In this document: in pieces, positions 58,001 through 61,518 of the stretch | Numbering within the stretch: position 1 is the first letter of the stretch | How the letters are laid out: every line of letters starts with the position of its first letter | Assembly: GCA_947625145.1 (NCBI GenBank) | Contig: CANQNC010000002.1 | Span: 22,576-86,575, forward strand | Reading direction: 5' to 3' | Source of the DNA: an uncultured Clostridia bacterium | GTDB lineage: Bacteria > Bacillota > Clostridia > Christensenellales > CAG-917 | Length of the DNA stretch: 64,000 nucleotides | Program-made: the position numbers and the translations under genes | Notes under the pieces: model-generated | The model's database searches: none | What the model was told of the DNA's origin: nothing | What the model saw: only the letters and a program-made list of their open reading frames with translations

Positions 58001-58451
58001 GGTCTCGTCCGTGTCAGCGCCGTCGTCCACGTGGACAAGCTCGGTGCAGATCAAAGGCACGGTGATGACAAACTATACGACGTCCGCGCAAAGGTCCGCG
58101 ACCACTTTGCCCGCCTCCGTTGCGATAAGCGGCACCACTTACACGCTTGTGTGGTACGGCAGAGCGTTCGTGTCGCCTGTGTCGGGCGGAGACTACGTAA
58201 CGCAGATCCCGCTGTTGCTGTCAGGTCCTACGGGCGCGCAGATCCAACTGCCCACATTCGGCGGACGCGCCGTGACGTTCGTGCTGTATTGCACGATAGG
58301 CTGCGTCGTGAACAGCAACGGCAACGTGGTGACTTCCGCCACGGCAACCTCAGCGGACGGACAGTTTGACGGCAACACCGTTGTCACGGTGGGTCAAAAA
58401 GCCCCGAATTACTTGTTGCGCTCAAGCCTTGTGTACATCTACAACAGCTAA
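31002..58451 (+). CDS. Giant (9149 aa) modular surface lipoprotein: about 14 diverged beta-rich modules plus a C-terminal Ig-like (Big_4-like) repeat region
   Basis: Uninterrupted 27.4-kb ORF with native codon usage; MRKRS-hydrophobic-LAAC lipobox (Cys25); recurring GxY...LYxDLS and DALxAA motifs; LP-x-x-V...V-x-W repeats after aa ~6760; promoter, RBS and terminator all present. Function unknown. Confidence 0.93.
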   Translation: MRKRSLAIALVMIIVVLATMILAACNPETLPDEPPKLPDNPDIGGDIVDDQNYVSSQWAWQRIKETAYAAASDQHDARYINGDNCFVLGYSKDEYDVALVLRMAYAIDLLADSKEDDSQLLIELRKFAKDEIGDASPEDLSELCAQEQGDLLVGIYYFEGILAADVRGLKKDEGGVHVMYTDDVSVSYLGSKIEKILKDVNLTDVIFTKLLGYNVDSLLQSLVQSSVPSLGGISLVDLTIEDFLVKILFASSKARYVDEGNGIQTIELPCDLSMLVGIVFPAIQGLINDQVQIVDLVKKITGIDLGKLGSLAGMAVVINATVKDDKLQSVNLGVDVNLNSNGLPSLQEQYGSFQNDIGIDFCLDRLQFSNDVKLDVVSVLDARPEKPTLEDGSDNSFYKKIKKTEKEYSLLTFDGQLDLVLDIEDKTVTPQNILDSFGTLLTNLLFSEMDDSMKESLGALLSKDIVFEKSQIPLSLKLKGQINLKDSRQTKIAAQLTGTNEKVRLGLYYDGNYDSVFLDASGLLGEGSTKFKIEGFNFNQLIDKLFDKVYTLITNAINGEGGGSSAQDEYSQLLQNADLITQHTGRTAEESEGEGEAEEEGLDTLGLVVAIVDQISIAKNGDIFNITGIDFTMTQEILDAIFGMIFKDDLAGGKVPLVTDPMPKLSYANQGTGKPKTLKLENVALGVESPLVGLGIGLSVQFGTIKDVENFNSLFAGINEGEYLSVSTDGGKTFNMDFLHIELSTALNIDLQTLRSRLGELNIAIDNLKIGDSYEGLLLNILLELGSIDAGLTLDVKADLDLTTQNISLDTLNTSSAKIEIKTREQEPRTMVELYLQDGALYLNTPGLESISVKQIKITLAELFDIANLTPSATDGESGALVAEDPAPKEEEKGTDIIGLIASLVTEFRIGNNAISIGLVSNIVDQLLTTLQIDNVEFKFDNSDVNGGIRLEFPAGLELPEAKFSVFLAFGDSANLNVSLNGINVGAGMQTTRYLQDTEARLYTNILENPYVYVDLTLGVDFQADEGKSSLEFGHKGTHWMDGDGNYKDMKETPPPQNYKGKYYYVDEEGKYVVEDYQSTDLFFGTHMDINYELRVAASLDLSPVIAYLLGATSLQTNYNASEIMIELTGTKFGGEREVLLGLYLAGGSAFIDASRFGLNRVEVDVDVYGLLLKYLSVNSNITINSAGSGSDALAAAGPDLSDIADNETLFGLTLLATLTSRGLSIELTQGIVSLLYELVGIEASDLTAWAEIAWQALEEEEYKPFRLGVDVKNDNNQTISNAEIYAREISVIAGGEKMREIRLRRQTDDAGQGKLLDQYISELINEDENPFVVVPLFNEYSDIVVPSVSVELKGALTVGTAADNAEWTLGQWIAAVTEAMPSQDNPDQGKEKNPNLEAFLHKLVLQINAPVEVGTKIGFRIAAKLRLNPEFPVNSMPNVKFMLYEESMGLLDNFTEIYTKTVDGSAKYKKIELADAKVKFAEGEELYIRTYIPEGISLSEIKTTDDTFEIDGTYYVLLSDGTYYKTVISAANKAQFDVVYTPTNLFDIDYLLAHADISIELYNRDIVEVENLISGTAIGADERQELVDSTLVALRLIYNGESMGYPTSNLYVDLMDDFHVSIANMQVKETIDSLMSLFSGNGDKNQSEEGGPEAANNIAVTAAAENADGSEEKGLVDTLYDILGGFVGRLGADSNGITVNFASGLLANLLNMLLNTNLAPEDMLQINGEESYFTFAWTYAVDALLKIDPIYMGLRLDSIKIGLGQEDSILPAAFDRSIYTGFDRLDNISFEVALDAEIVLKQQEDEVKLQNYVDAFVQGLEIALGFTVDKDITYDLGIMLGGNIELGDPDKTVVAISLRINEEDKIAIYIKGSSMYVDLGDLSDRAIYIENTGVSDLICGSISELLGRAADAESGDALASAEPEVSPEEQLQIMLDISDGRLGLLVTEQVIVGLLASFLNDEKAGATLDEVIEKIQQLNLNLSADVELQFSPGIALAIAISSDLIDIEAALSTINLATGTNPEVNDIYEQLQTRVDDAINAVDYVVAEAEYSGTKFYKVTQKEGDGRYEYVEAGKFDDGAYDRVDEQEYKAVPHFNKQNDSTIINLSLDLYIDYSTSATYMLVTDSKVLESYRESERYSYSEVSDSFVQDPHGTFIRDGFSFDSLLAKIFGFEDLQSALKGVKLPRILFDVKDGKFDVGTQENAFSLYDLFAQLGLRMFLDDSMDDGFKLAIEAQFDLSKFGIETLSDLDGIYALIQKLTSKDPIVQKEVRSILLSALELSVIVDFTYELGENSTRKIAIYLVNNEIYIDMSGLEGPKAKMGVYDLLGLFPSNGDALAAAGNTTEGDVTGENNSALNTVFAILNDLAKTLIFQSTPWLANSKLSQLGSLTLLFNSNAFNSILTTLFQTLLQMDTQFDSDQLLLDDEKSGLFIRPGDARFGNSVVTAEARFELLNRQNPASKGEDDKNFFFDLMIGIGVTANMLNDEIVESVLPVEDRYEFMNLKELIDNVMSIVNGFYTHSYSAVDAETEGFVQGGIYYRFVQSADGGFVLKGENYRALNKGEKVADGTALYDRQYAQVVGDQVVIVRYVEDPAGEYVYVKDEDKYVKASDLEKVPDDAPRFRQENTDADGNTDFLKDEAGNPVAPKDAKLYARRGIPVYSEQVISLSISGILYFSSDGVDEYDISGLFGKIPMLSDMLLMLQAQSRFFGGVGIRLSASVDLAAIDIRGLLSSEQEKAMDKFEEFIANSNLSQLELAVEFIEVNENGNFARYDDGGDNGAGSLKVLGGVYLSDGTLYLDATGIASAQQYSRIDNFMDYVHRIAQNGVGGLFGGTATEALAADDPTTFDVTDAEYRNALVYLLYTDTAFQLQFAQSFLAYALSLLIPNLDPLTDVFDVAGVTVGLVHGEAEFRRIDAIQNPELRAKFDSDPAYRSERYAYYDSVHWETYDPLAGKLEDHPEDPSSTEFYSDTYLVVMTKNEQGHTIPNIFELEYTQMFSKQAGEGDVYVLTDEYKQGETYVRIGNEYKLVEYEISGKAIGSTTNLYATIGVGTDSTEHIALRGSKIYHNVDDADGNVVDYVEASEYIDDKTLNIHTYIVRNGVYTHIDMLSERQYGYVKDPDGAYYRTVVSYGGISEYMLGLDITTGVLKAGLKLGRLDIDFGGGTKYLPDYIKDEKQHTYTLTDGDVSRTVPYTTDGYAALTDAQKEAAGDIDMPVNPFYDTIVTIGFSVDLSLGITEGLLDFGTIISEIVGNLAGINVEMPATTKGFSSAHLRLDVSLMLDMYDVTNSELKLELVSVTESGYDALWAGIYFINDTLYFDLSEVFNLPKMSISNVGIEDMLEKLLKIDNNDPLFVAGNNEKYKASGDALVAANDSAGEDSDGNGSVDIHDKNLGFAILFDKDLLTIMIGDKLFDSIISMLPDSVSEKLGFELKELFYEEINGSLQIELNTKDDFDLELKMSLGLDGSRYNQAATVTAPNITLEMSGDGASFSPDERTVAQNIQSGLDNKYYVFREDANGHYVVNASGGYVRALKPDDVLQPTDKKYAKYRLYYNGAKGFYLKKIVDSEIAGGAETEGDEFAVQTGDIIYVLVPGAVANQSYVADGGVYDMYLDLTLGIRNVKIAFSNARSYTLTGSDLAGYVDFGDLDHIKIAAYLNFDTSFKTGDENVIDLTPVLTNFLPGLTEDDIAQIIALGDDGKDVNRKNRIKIEAEIQTMALINYLRSQLLKDFENVEGDMSLYDTMDLIGKLLGIGSEGGSEEESGSVFDDLIGLLDDIASFFNVSIEIQTKGGNDADYHNLVGIYMSTGTFSLLTEDELLPESDDFVPEEERFDHYYPSFDGKYYYDEAAQDGNGEYRLLTDESYTGQKYAYDSSYYYQNDIGRYKRARGGLYVDLSYFNIPSVYVNSAIVRDVFAAVFGSGDAGDASDALAAAQAQGADETEEEGIFPLIKDDSILSYIRMFVSSFVVTSKYVRLLANPTYINQLLVILMGEEGAIQFDPAEFVNSPSLTINIDPSQTTYEDMTEAIEASKAAYEAADGNAEKQKSIATQLGELLSLTKNRFAITEHFGTEDEAKLGTYYVDEESGAYVMKNNLSATERKAYDAAVAKGEKKYFEIVSVPTYIRLMDDAGNRTDNFVLYTSASDRQVARSEQDETLIPLGLYYPQLYVIEEYELEAPENGVPIVDTNTAYVPADDKGLYCVRTLEERNPFIALKVFLWNHEIELSLESPGFEAIPFNYVTGAEAEANGLTNVPVEHWYKDVQNVFFTSEDKVEDGLFSWRSDYYTMGAFDPAKYSKDPRFIENKNQYYPIDYTTLYKYEGGAYSRVTEDENSLPDYLADMENNDAEYYVYVDSNYQKLQRAYIYKKNVYQTISKRVIDSSEEEYYRANPDQYFVRTQSPSSVDRPDLTEKEGYPYNYVPLDQLFYLSLSLKGSLYLNAGRIYFEFGDFKKIYNAVNGRAEDTDIDLSVYKNVAYKKFHGSYVQVTDGAELQTLRDAGQLYIWMNAALKEQYAIDKALGEVLGGLLGDMKGRFQVQSNETLVFYFSIRLDMSFEFDVKLNTETVIIPADPSKGETEPTTRTRAKIALQLLIRDADVAIDMWGEQNDKIPEDQRTDGNKYVDFDHVNDYTDLEDGSLTHFLGIYYNHDEDTGSAGLYLDLEWLLGKDAKIYVDMSDYTLEDVLNGFIGEKLGTSTQASSSDALAAAEVDDEGMYKDGQASDDTRLYLNIFTGSVALNVTSGLLKVLLNELAPDLNISSYLPNLKIYLKQDLNPYSLTLGAMLFDETGTMPMLDLGLVIEGTNGTDYSSSVEFGLAEDFRDNQSGENNKNDIFYYANFYSEDGGDWAKDFDEKGYLQLVKEYKQAETGGKYKKLEDGSYAPVEDGYVGESYNLNEYYENANGNYVLGDGGMREYNAETDANAKRYAVYDGPTQRYAKAPVRMVEILADRRYADSEDNDLWAFVDGKYVKLGEYLNVTDDGVIYLNSYRQLKDRKPFKEYMSPIFKMDANQNPVQVGKNELKGFTGEGNIQYVREDELSAYIDGHADATELAELKASGVKYVVDGVTYIAVDFGEKKDGFTDIDEADKIPAEIPVYKVVEDFNNYTRAFGLDLGELLKDDKNNSAEQKEAMDVILDSLLGGLQTLEIGANLSIAINVSDILNWTYQLTQFIGESSIGEYLYMLIGALNGDAERDSKIGLELALKLQLDMKGVALYLANKKIADSLSGELAKAARSTLILDLLEGCRLYVELTYDTDFHGEKSAKAYLWAGVDDGKLNLKMDLSDIGTIVGWGDFFSYALVEDMDLKQLFASASTASSAALVAANTVVDESFDDDYTGVIPESIWDIINAVLGRLYVANDFLTVGLNEELMGDLMGLLAGADNQVLQDVVGFLPKLYVSDGNDTSGITFNMFGERPSLDLNLKFSTGEPYYLKLADYNKFYGHNGTRLNAGGASAKDYSGTHFHLEDGEYKLCTDPECANADKYVLVMDDEYALIGYAYPDWKGDKYALNASGAFELDNENGMYIKLGNFSLTMHVGELYAKVNKEFSVPESTMYGLIHEDAVTKDAEGYLVDSEGTRVHDESGKEISDPYIKVDHLKLTLALSLGVSIYGKPQTDSDNIIDLSEILDLIMGVINPNSAIAGSTLQLRITNDLGRDDGAYLTLDLRAFIDLSDFTLEAYIGLVRHKTNNSKSTLLSIALKDETLYLDLSGLLGDTAKISLGGLNTTTLLKNLKLAGKSLSNLVDIIAGKDASAAGDAMTAAGDDVHGTLEQMMRDYAYFILMFNPRTTLLQINADLINAIYKKVMQIQGKDFSKNLIPDMGDLLLMLDATQDDGTRFSINLRLSDSLYVCLDLEPIDATKSFGKGDIFVSHGSNRQWDTPLTGYTEIGTLDLDQLLNGVTDDKTGLTTPYDIMSGLDKLPDVGAHLSLDFTISTRGMKRGDAHFDDTFAGWLCNDLIGTLFDGNEMFGKFELITTSSAYNSYEGSIYVYDADSETYVKQETKPAWRASTYYKFTPAEVNVLFPDSALSLTLDLKLSVNLATLIVNGISGILGADIALEIYAGTPVNTKIASIYYVGSSRLNNRHELVNKTTAGANIFSDALYLDLSGLGLGKIKFQGFSGLLNAKPYANDVATTASSAGTAAAYSAADQAADGEVTEGLSSALYLTIDLESGRVAVNIDRGMIDLVMSMLGVELGFALPDIQSVALALEFGDKGVSSINLNAILDSYDSAFDATIDTFELDLGNTKNYVNADDLIAEVKSGYAGVTLSNTAGTNSLIQNILDGIDPHINIEIISKVWQAVLANVPTVGTRQVNAFQEKAVTTLTVTKQKALVKGLGNINHMLIGIKSTRPFFSSVSSSKGTLSAEAILASNNLWLTENLDIAGNLLSIVEGVNTAFGLDLFPLDIGGLMGGGGLNPTPHGQMLDFVNGYDGDNQTWSYSGGYSDTHATSGSSSGGGGGGGSSSSTSDDWSYPLNLSNLIKSVDVSLFDSAEYHPYGFNMSSSFADNGRSKIKVSVSLNKDAFNELLLMVYTVVLNLMKDGLAGDSGQEYFSTNLNTVTKNSDYNSKEQVADILKELKRLVDTGATTQAKVDYLEPYVRSIPATLSKWLFKATLGNTIWNLGGLAGATIEDLSGLIGALLPIPFATGTKLNPNINIYIDINPVASEYNKSGYTMRPGIQAIEIFVNGESAGNNSSVTYYTSSSKNYKLQPSTTQTSNMTASTADSSFPAWDFWMAHINPYNTVEKSDTSDMLSFNDADSASKSNSVSQPDPPSEIVIEDVATREFKIGSLTYTLTDDVFGNSSLFPQFADVTLGNKLGGGSAVHTADTLTNGTYIVWDASTVDLTPASRSADGGRRLAGYVYGYALNAVLYAIPVYVKNNSYATKLESMDSGSAKTIKLETDGSSSSANNVLPDLVKLTFNGTASSQSYIYLGTYLTDETGAMQYAVLETSTNTYEKLGKRLVYDKKDPTKSEQMTNADGGTYKLYPAYIAGLSKSGSSYKTFTDSTTGKKYYVIKASNFKTGAVPHGWISWDYSDFKYSWANSGNITVGYDYQYGLSNTIHGELSISASSYAVRELTSMYSSSLGLTVDNKAVAGASLASTRKADGSYDITLTIDPMTVAAEFTEGEKDLAKIIAKFDRVSGTWTSGAKFTSSTSSSASSAYWMLKWDLGQLEKALDAIRNAGGGYDYFKGLEATVTAYVGGNRFKVQTFETQNGLLTEEYGFVGNGDSRYANSGYVAQPCKVKIVMPSYVFDSMKNDVTFDPYSAASLGGDTLFAEDAKVEFYTLSAEGNKEERSLTYTKGEEVLKVEAPFFYNADRKVYVDAKTAGLNGHKFADRDISYLGYSQSGYPLYAKLTIGTAFSGLQEVYVRISVPEVSPTQTTLNVSHTDVFNPQWYNAFESVDVSFRGRVSHKMYPRWEEAVYYTDSACTKKKAEQNIFSGGTIYVKVPAAVKDESTGKEIGLLYKGLDQNGREVFEAQTITLRLNVEAQQIASAKFFYDASVGDVYGKGNLDSLRQKLLDKSNYTAEVYAQSHQKDDVWFGIDPLAYAQNPERYFLTIDSEQDRLWGDPTKVTSVLIELAPNVAFGGDKYIKNEDGSYSFDSTGSIGTYRVDGVDENGDPKYVELTESYIAYISAFDLSEFAPSNDGLEVTLEATIGNQTVDVPVHMPSYHITGQTSLEGSDMAASGNAGADDDQQLTLTYDVFSPWGLPTHGTFQTAEGNAEVESDITWDNAAAPSKDEIMGEAGDRYILRTYHMFDGTAIQTADYTAKIVLQGYDDSIVQDVVLDGLEEGAAVYELFGDFQFPTTASVWVGGVEKKNIPVGWLDKSQPTAEEIAAGQFVRSYYVTVKDAGREEQYTRAFTVAIRNRVIFTAEGFANNSLDGLSFNLTAQNFFNGLPKTSGAHVADVNGGSATEKSGISLEWSGVYTTDGAVGMQMVLTATGGKFEGKDFTTSYNVDVTVEGNSVLALKDTDENGGLFLLDAYAALRTDESGDANMLFASGSTKTINSVGGSTATVKAFYDFAELDGVESIADFYRQIERFFGTSFELRVTYVYNGGASDMTEEGTIRIYVLDRSVSRLKDASYRAITIDPLITRNADGFKAEQQVVLEQDGTEASKEATAYFDWSVINSYIAAGTSNSNFTLKAMIPAVDNANGTYIRFSDINGKDGIDENTAQFANRLYGEFVLAEAYAAYMADREGKAYDWSRYAYGDRYLPSYQTVNVPLTVFNRNILGAEFVFDNMLTLYYDNTNYNSSVRTYVGAGENDGRYIDVEYNRNGMPITMTFYNRFAYSAESLPKQIKVTFEDGNYQLYDLTYDNLPTDAEIMASGSTFKTSDRANGAVRMKLSSGEDQIVLKVGGEEKEALAIDFVVRAAAVSANNSTLTYNNMSYGENKYTFDPYVNAWTDSPYNTAQYDKEITYYVDGQFLMAQSWWNEGRTISQSTTLYTSLWNKRHTNYHVLTKTGEGDFVEGATDNVRFYIANRGGRTFRLYEGNVIYSSTDGSYKTESDEDLYVFIYVTTQKLSATYNADGLSYTYMGGEFNISAALTSDVSEQVSQDISLPIVINSGRIDRENGYSIAKTAADEYKLWDETANAFVVDPLGTTNIFERNKGTYTGDRYILDESSNEYVKDDNGTYGIDGDRYYELSYEQLGAYKYLPSKLTLISADGKTFENVEVQWDLQGVSVTFEGGTYIARAIVNANGKYNYSPHGADSEADVNDLGSPKISFTVLVADRSVYDMDTSTHNIFYNSSSSTGKYVGFRGGRSGSVNTSYAIDPYNYTVPDMSDFTTFKVKLRAATFDADRVQTEEADSSKIFTFTTSGTGSGVSGKLVWNMSKFRPGYNGGVIYITAELNYGEGESAVHYSYDIPFVVYRKLVSQVSTKKIGSAQSDLAIDTSNSYTSNVDATGLAATTYTIDPMNTNRLTVPNSLNVAFSRYTPSYNRNTGVVTMGSSATTEYKVFNYVIVNMPSHSWSFGSSKVTSSELDGAYATIQFSSQQRVRVPLKVSSVSAPSSTWTSSVQIKGTVMTNYTTSAQRSATTLPASVAISGTTYTLVWYGRAFVSPVSGGDYVTQIPLLLSGPTGAQIQLPTFGGRAVTFVLYCTIGCVVNSNGNVVTSATATSADGQFDGNTVVTVGQKAPNYLLRSSLVYIYNS

Positions 58452-58465
58452 GCGCATTGGGTTTC

Positions 58466-58506
58466 AACAAAAAAACGCTTCGTCAAGGGACGAAGCGTTT
58501 TTTGTT
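58466..58506. terminator. Strong bidirectional intrinsic terminator
   Basis: AACAAAAAAACGCTTCGTC-AAGG-GACGAAGCGTTTTTTGTT. Confidence 0.9.
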
Positions 58507-58519
58507 TTCAAAGACGCGT

Positions 58520-59764
58520 TCAGCGCCTGCCCAACTTTATGTTGTCCTCGGTGCGACAGCGAAGGGAGGGGATGGGGTTTTCGGCGTGTTCCGCGCGGTA
58601 GTCCTGCCCCATGTTGTCGATATGCGCGCGTATGACCTGATGACTTGCGACAAGTTTGTCGTTGGAGTTGACCGCCTTTTGATATTTGAAGAAGTCCGCG
58701 TCCGCGCCCAGCCTGTGCACGTCCACATAGTCCTCGCGGAGGGCGGTGTTTTCCACTGTTTCCGCGATCACTTTGCGTATATATCCCTCCTGCGGCGCGA
58801 AGTGCAGAAGCTCGGGGAAGTCGCCCGCGGGGATGACCTGTTGCCACTCCTTTTTGCCGTACTTTTTCAGGGCTTCGGCGGCGATGTGCAGATGGACGAT
58901 CTCCTGCCTCAGGCACTGTTCCCAGATCTTCTTGACGTTTTTGTCCGTTTCGTCCTTCCAGCAGGAATAGTAGAGATAGCACTCGGTGTATTCATGGTTC
59001 AGCCAACATTCCAGCCAGCCCTCGTTTACGTCCATAAGCGAGCCGTACTGCGTGACGTGCTGTTCCTCCACCATGGCGATCTCCTGATACAGCCTGCGCC
59101 CGAGGTCGCTCTCGTAAAACGCGCACTGATTCATATAATAGTTCATTGTCTGCTGTTCGGCGGCGGTGATGATGGCAACGTCCAGCTTTGTGATGGGCGC
59201 GCACTTTTTGAAGTTGACGGGACGACGCACGTCGTCGTAGGGGTGGCGATGATGCGCGATCGTGGGGCGGGCGGGAGTGATCTCGGTGTAGCCGCCTACA
59301 AGCATATCCGACTTGATCCCGTGTTCGAGGTCAAGCAGATCCGCGTATCTGTAAAGGTGGTCGAAGTCCTCCAACAGCGCAAAATCCAGCGCCGCTTTGA
59401 CGTATTTGTCCGGCTCTCTCTGCGCAAGTATGGCGGTCAGCTCGACGGCGAGCTGTTCGTAGGCTATCGTGGTCTCCAAAACGCTCTCGTCCTTGGGTTT
59501 GAGGCAGGCGATGCGCTTTTGCTGTTGCTGTTCGCTTTTGCGCACAAACTCCAGTTGTCTGCGCAGATCGTTGTCCTTGCAGTGGCGGAAAAATTGATGG
59601 GAAAACCAAACCGCCTCGTATTCGGTGCCGTTCATCAAAATGACGCGCGTTTTCGTAAATGGGTCCGCGCCGAGTTTTGAATAGCTTTCGGGGTAGATGG
59701 TTTTCCAATCCATAAACAGTTTTTCCGAATTTTCGGGGGTTTCGTTGAACGGATTGAACGACAT
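58520..59764 (-). CDS. Conserved ferritin-like (di-metal, ExxH motifs) hypothetical protein
   Basis: RVILMNGTEYE, YEQLAVELT, LLEDFDHLYRY, AAEQQTMNYY, EEQHVTQY, EIVHLH; AGGAGG RBS before ATG 59764. Confidence 0.8.
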   Translation of the reverse strand: MSFNPFNETPENSEKLFMDWKTIYPESYSKLGADPFTKTRVILMNGTEYEAVWFSHQFFRHCKDNDLRRQLEFVRKSEQQQQKRIACLKPKDESVLETTIAYEQLAVELTAILAQREPDKYVKAALDFALLEDFDHLYRYADLLDLEHGIKSDMLVGGYTEITPARPTIAHHRHPYDDVRRPVNFKKCAPITKLDVAIITAAEQQTMNYYMNQCAFYESDLGRRLYQEIAMVEEQHVTQYGSLMDVNEGWLECWLNHEYTECYLYYSCWKDETDKNVKKIWEQCLRQEIVHLHIAAEALKKYGKKEWQQVIPAGDFPELLHFAPQEGYIRKVIAETVENTALREDYVDVHRLGADADFFKYQKAVNSNDKLVASHQVIRAHIDNMGQDYRAEHAENPIPSLRCRTEDNIKLGRR

Positions 59765-59918
59765 ATTTGTCCTCCTTTTTGTGATGCTTAGATTATTGAC
59801 CCAAGCTCCGCTTTTATTCCGCTTCCGCAAGGAAATATTTTCGAGACGGCAATTTGTGTGTTGCAAAGTCGCACTCGCTGTGCTAAACTGTTATATATAT
59901 GGAATAAGGAGAAAGGTT

Positions 59919-61007
59919 ATGAAACAATATCCCGAGTATATAGCGGATACTCGCGTTCCCGTCCCGACCCCCGAGCATATCGTGGAGGACGGCAAAGTGC
60001 ATTTCGGCACGTTCGACGCGCCTTTCAAGGATCTCAATCTTCTCGACGCGGACAAGCCCTGCGGCAAACGCATGCCCGATTGCATGAAGCGCGGTCGCCT
60101 CACCGAGTGGGAGGCCTTCGAGGTGTATATGGATGAGGGCGCCCTCATCAGCGCGGTCTATAAGATCGGGATGATCTGCTTCTCCATCTTCGTCTGGTAC
60201 GACAAGGCGGAGGACAAGATCTACAGCTGGCGCAATATCGCCCCGAAAAAGAAGGTCAAAGTCGCCTCTCAGCTTGTGGACGACTATTGCTATTGCAAGA
60301 CCAAGCACAGCGAATATCGCATCAACAACGACTTCTTGAACGGCAAAGCGGACGCCAAAGGCTACACCAAGGGCAAGAACGGGGAGTTTTCCATCGAGAT
60401 GCAGTTCGAGCGCGTCTCTCCCCTCGCAAACGGCGTTATGCCCCTCGCAAAAAACAAGGACGGTAGCTTCCGCAACGCCCTGTACAGCGAAAAGGACTTC
60501 TTCAAAGCCACGGGTTGCATAACCCTCAACGGCAAGGCGTACACCACAAACGAGCGCTCGGTCGGCATAATCGACGACCACAAGGGCTATTATCCCTTCC
60601 ATGCGCACTACGATTGGCTCACCGCAATGGGCAGGATAGACATAGACGGGGAGGATAGCCTGTTCGCTTTCAACCTCACGCGCAATCAGTCCGTGGATCA
60701 GGACCACTACAACGAAAACGTGATCTGGCTGAAAGGGGAGTCCTATCCCATGCCCCCCGTCACGTTCGAGCATAAAAACGGCAAGAAAAAAGCCGACGAG
60801 TGGCACGTCCGCGACGAGCACGGCAAAGTGGACATCACGTTCAAGATCAAAAAAGTGTTCTATATGCCCATTCACGCCCTCGTCATTGACTGCTATTACG
60901 CGCTTCCGTTCGGCTATATCTCGGGCTATGTCACCGACACAAACGGCAAACGCTACACAGTCGACGGCATGCTGGGCATCGGCGAGGACAAAACCACAAG
61001 AATGTGA
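59919..61007 (+). CDS. DUF2804-like protein
   Basis: HFGTF...DLNL, LTEWE, GIIDDHKGYYP...YDW, NENVIWL, PFGYISG, GIGEDK motifs; AAGGAG upstream of ATG 59919. Confidence 0.75.
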   Translation: MKQYPEYIADTRVPVPTPEHIVEDGKVHFGTFDAPFKDLNLLDADKPCGKRMPDCMKRGRLTEWEAFEVYMDEGALISAVYKIGMICFSIFVWYDKAEDKIYSWRNIAPKKKVKVASQLVDDYCYCKTKHSEYRINNDFLNGKADAKGYTKGKNGEFSIEMQFERVSPLANGVMPLAKNKDGSFRNALYSEKDFFKATGCITLNGKAYTTNERSVGIIDDHKGYYPFHAHYDWLTAMGRIDIDGEDSLFAFNLTRNQSVDQDHYNENVIWLKGESYPMPPVTFEHKNGKKKADEWHVRDEHGKVDITFKIKKVFYMPIHALVIDCYYALPFGYISGYVTDTNGKRYTVDGMLGIGEDKTTRM

Positions 61008-61042
61008 TCTTTTTACCCTTACAAAAGGGCGTCGCAAAACAT

Positions 61043-61072
61043 GAAAGCGGTTTGCTCGGCAAGCCGCTTTTC
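61043..61072 (+). terminator. Intrinsic terminator
   Basis: GAAAGCGGTTTGC-TCG-GCAAGCCGCTTTTC. Confidence 0.7.
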
Positions 61073-61141
61073 AAATCGCCACCTCGCAAATTCGCAAAAT
61101 TTCCCCGTAACCTAAAATGTTTTGCCAAATTGCGCTCCCGT

Positions 61142-61169
61142 TTGACAATCCTCAAAAAAGTGGTATACT
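61142..61169 (+). promoter_or_regulatory. sigmaA promoter
   Basis: TTGACA-16 nt-TATACT with extended TG. Confidence 0.7.
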
Positions 61170-61198
61170 ATTGTTGAAAAATTTCGGAGGTGTAAACT

Positions 61199-61393
61199 AT
61201 GATTTCAAAAGATATGCTGATCGTTGACATTCTCGAACAGGGCGATTCCGAAAAACTCGCCGAAGTCCTTATGGAAAGCGGTATGCATTGCCTGCATTGC
61301 GCCCTCGCTCACGGCGAAACGCTCGAGCAAGCCGCCGCGGTGCATGGGATAGACGTGGATGAGTTGGTCTCCAAACTCAACTCCGTCCTGTAA
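61199..61393 (+). CDS. DUF1858 small CxxC protein (hybrid-cluster-associated redox disulfide domain)
   Basis: ISKDMLI...GMHCLHC...ETLEQAAAVHGIDVDEL; GGAGGTG RBS. Confidence 0.92.
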   Translation: MISKDMLIVDILEQGDSEKLAEVLMESGMHCLHCALAHGETLEQAAAVHGIDVDELVSKLNSVL

Positions 61394-61518
61394 AACCGCA
61401 CTATTTGACGCTATGCGTTGTCAACAGCCCTATCCCTCGCCGTCGTGTACTTCATGTACACTAGGCGGCTCGTGATAGGGCTGTTTCCTAGCCTAGCATT
61501 CAAATATTGCGGTTTTAC
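61390..61518. repeat. Palindromic MITE/REP-like element copy A (129 bp)
   Basis: Ends GTAAAACCGCA / TGCGGTTTTAC; inner stem AACAGCCCTATC / GATAGGGCTGTT; apical GTGTAC-N5-GTACAC. Confidence 0.8.

Noticed and set aside
31002-58451. Giant ORF as assembly artefact, NRPS/PKS, or RTX/Rhs toxin
   Set aside because: No near-identical DNA repeats seen; no adenylation, KS or carrier motifs; no RTX nonapeptides or Rhs core; coherent promoter, RBS, lipobox and terminator
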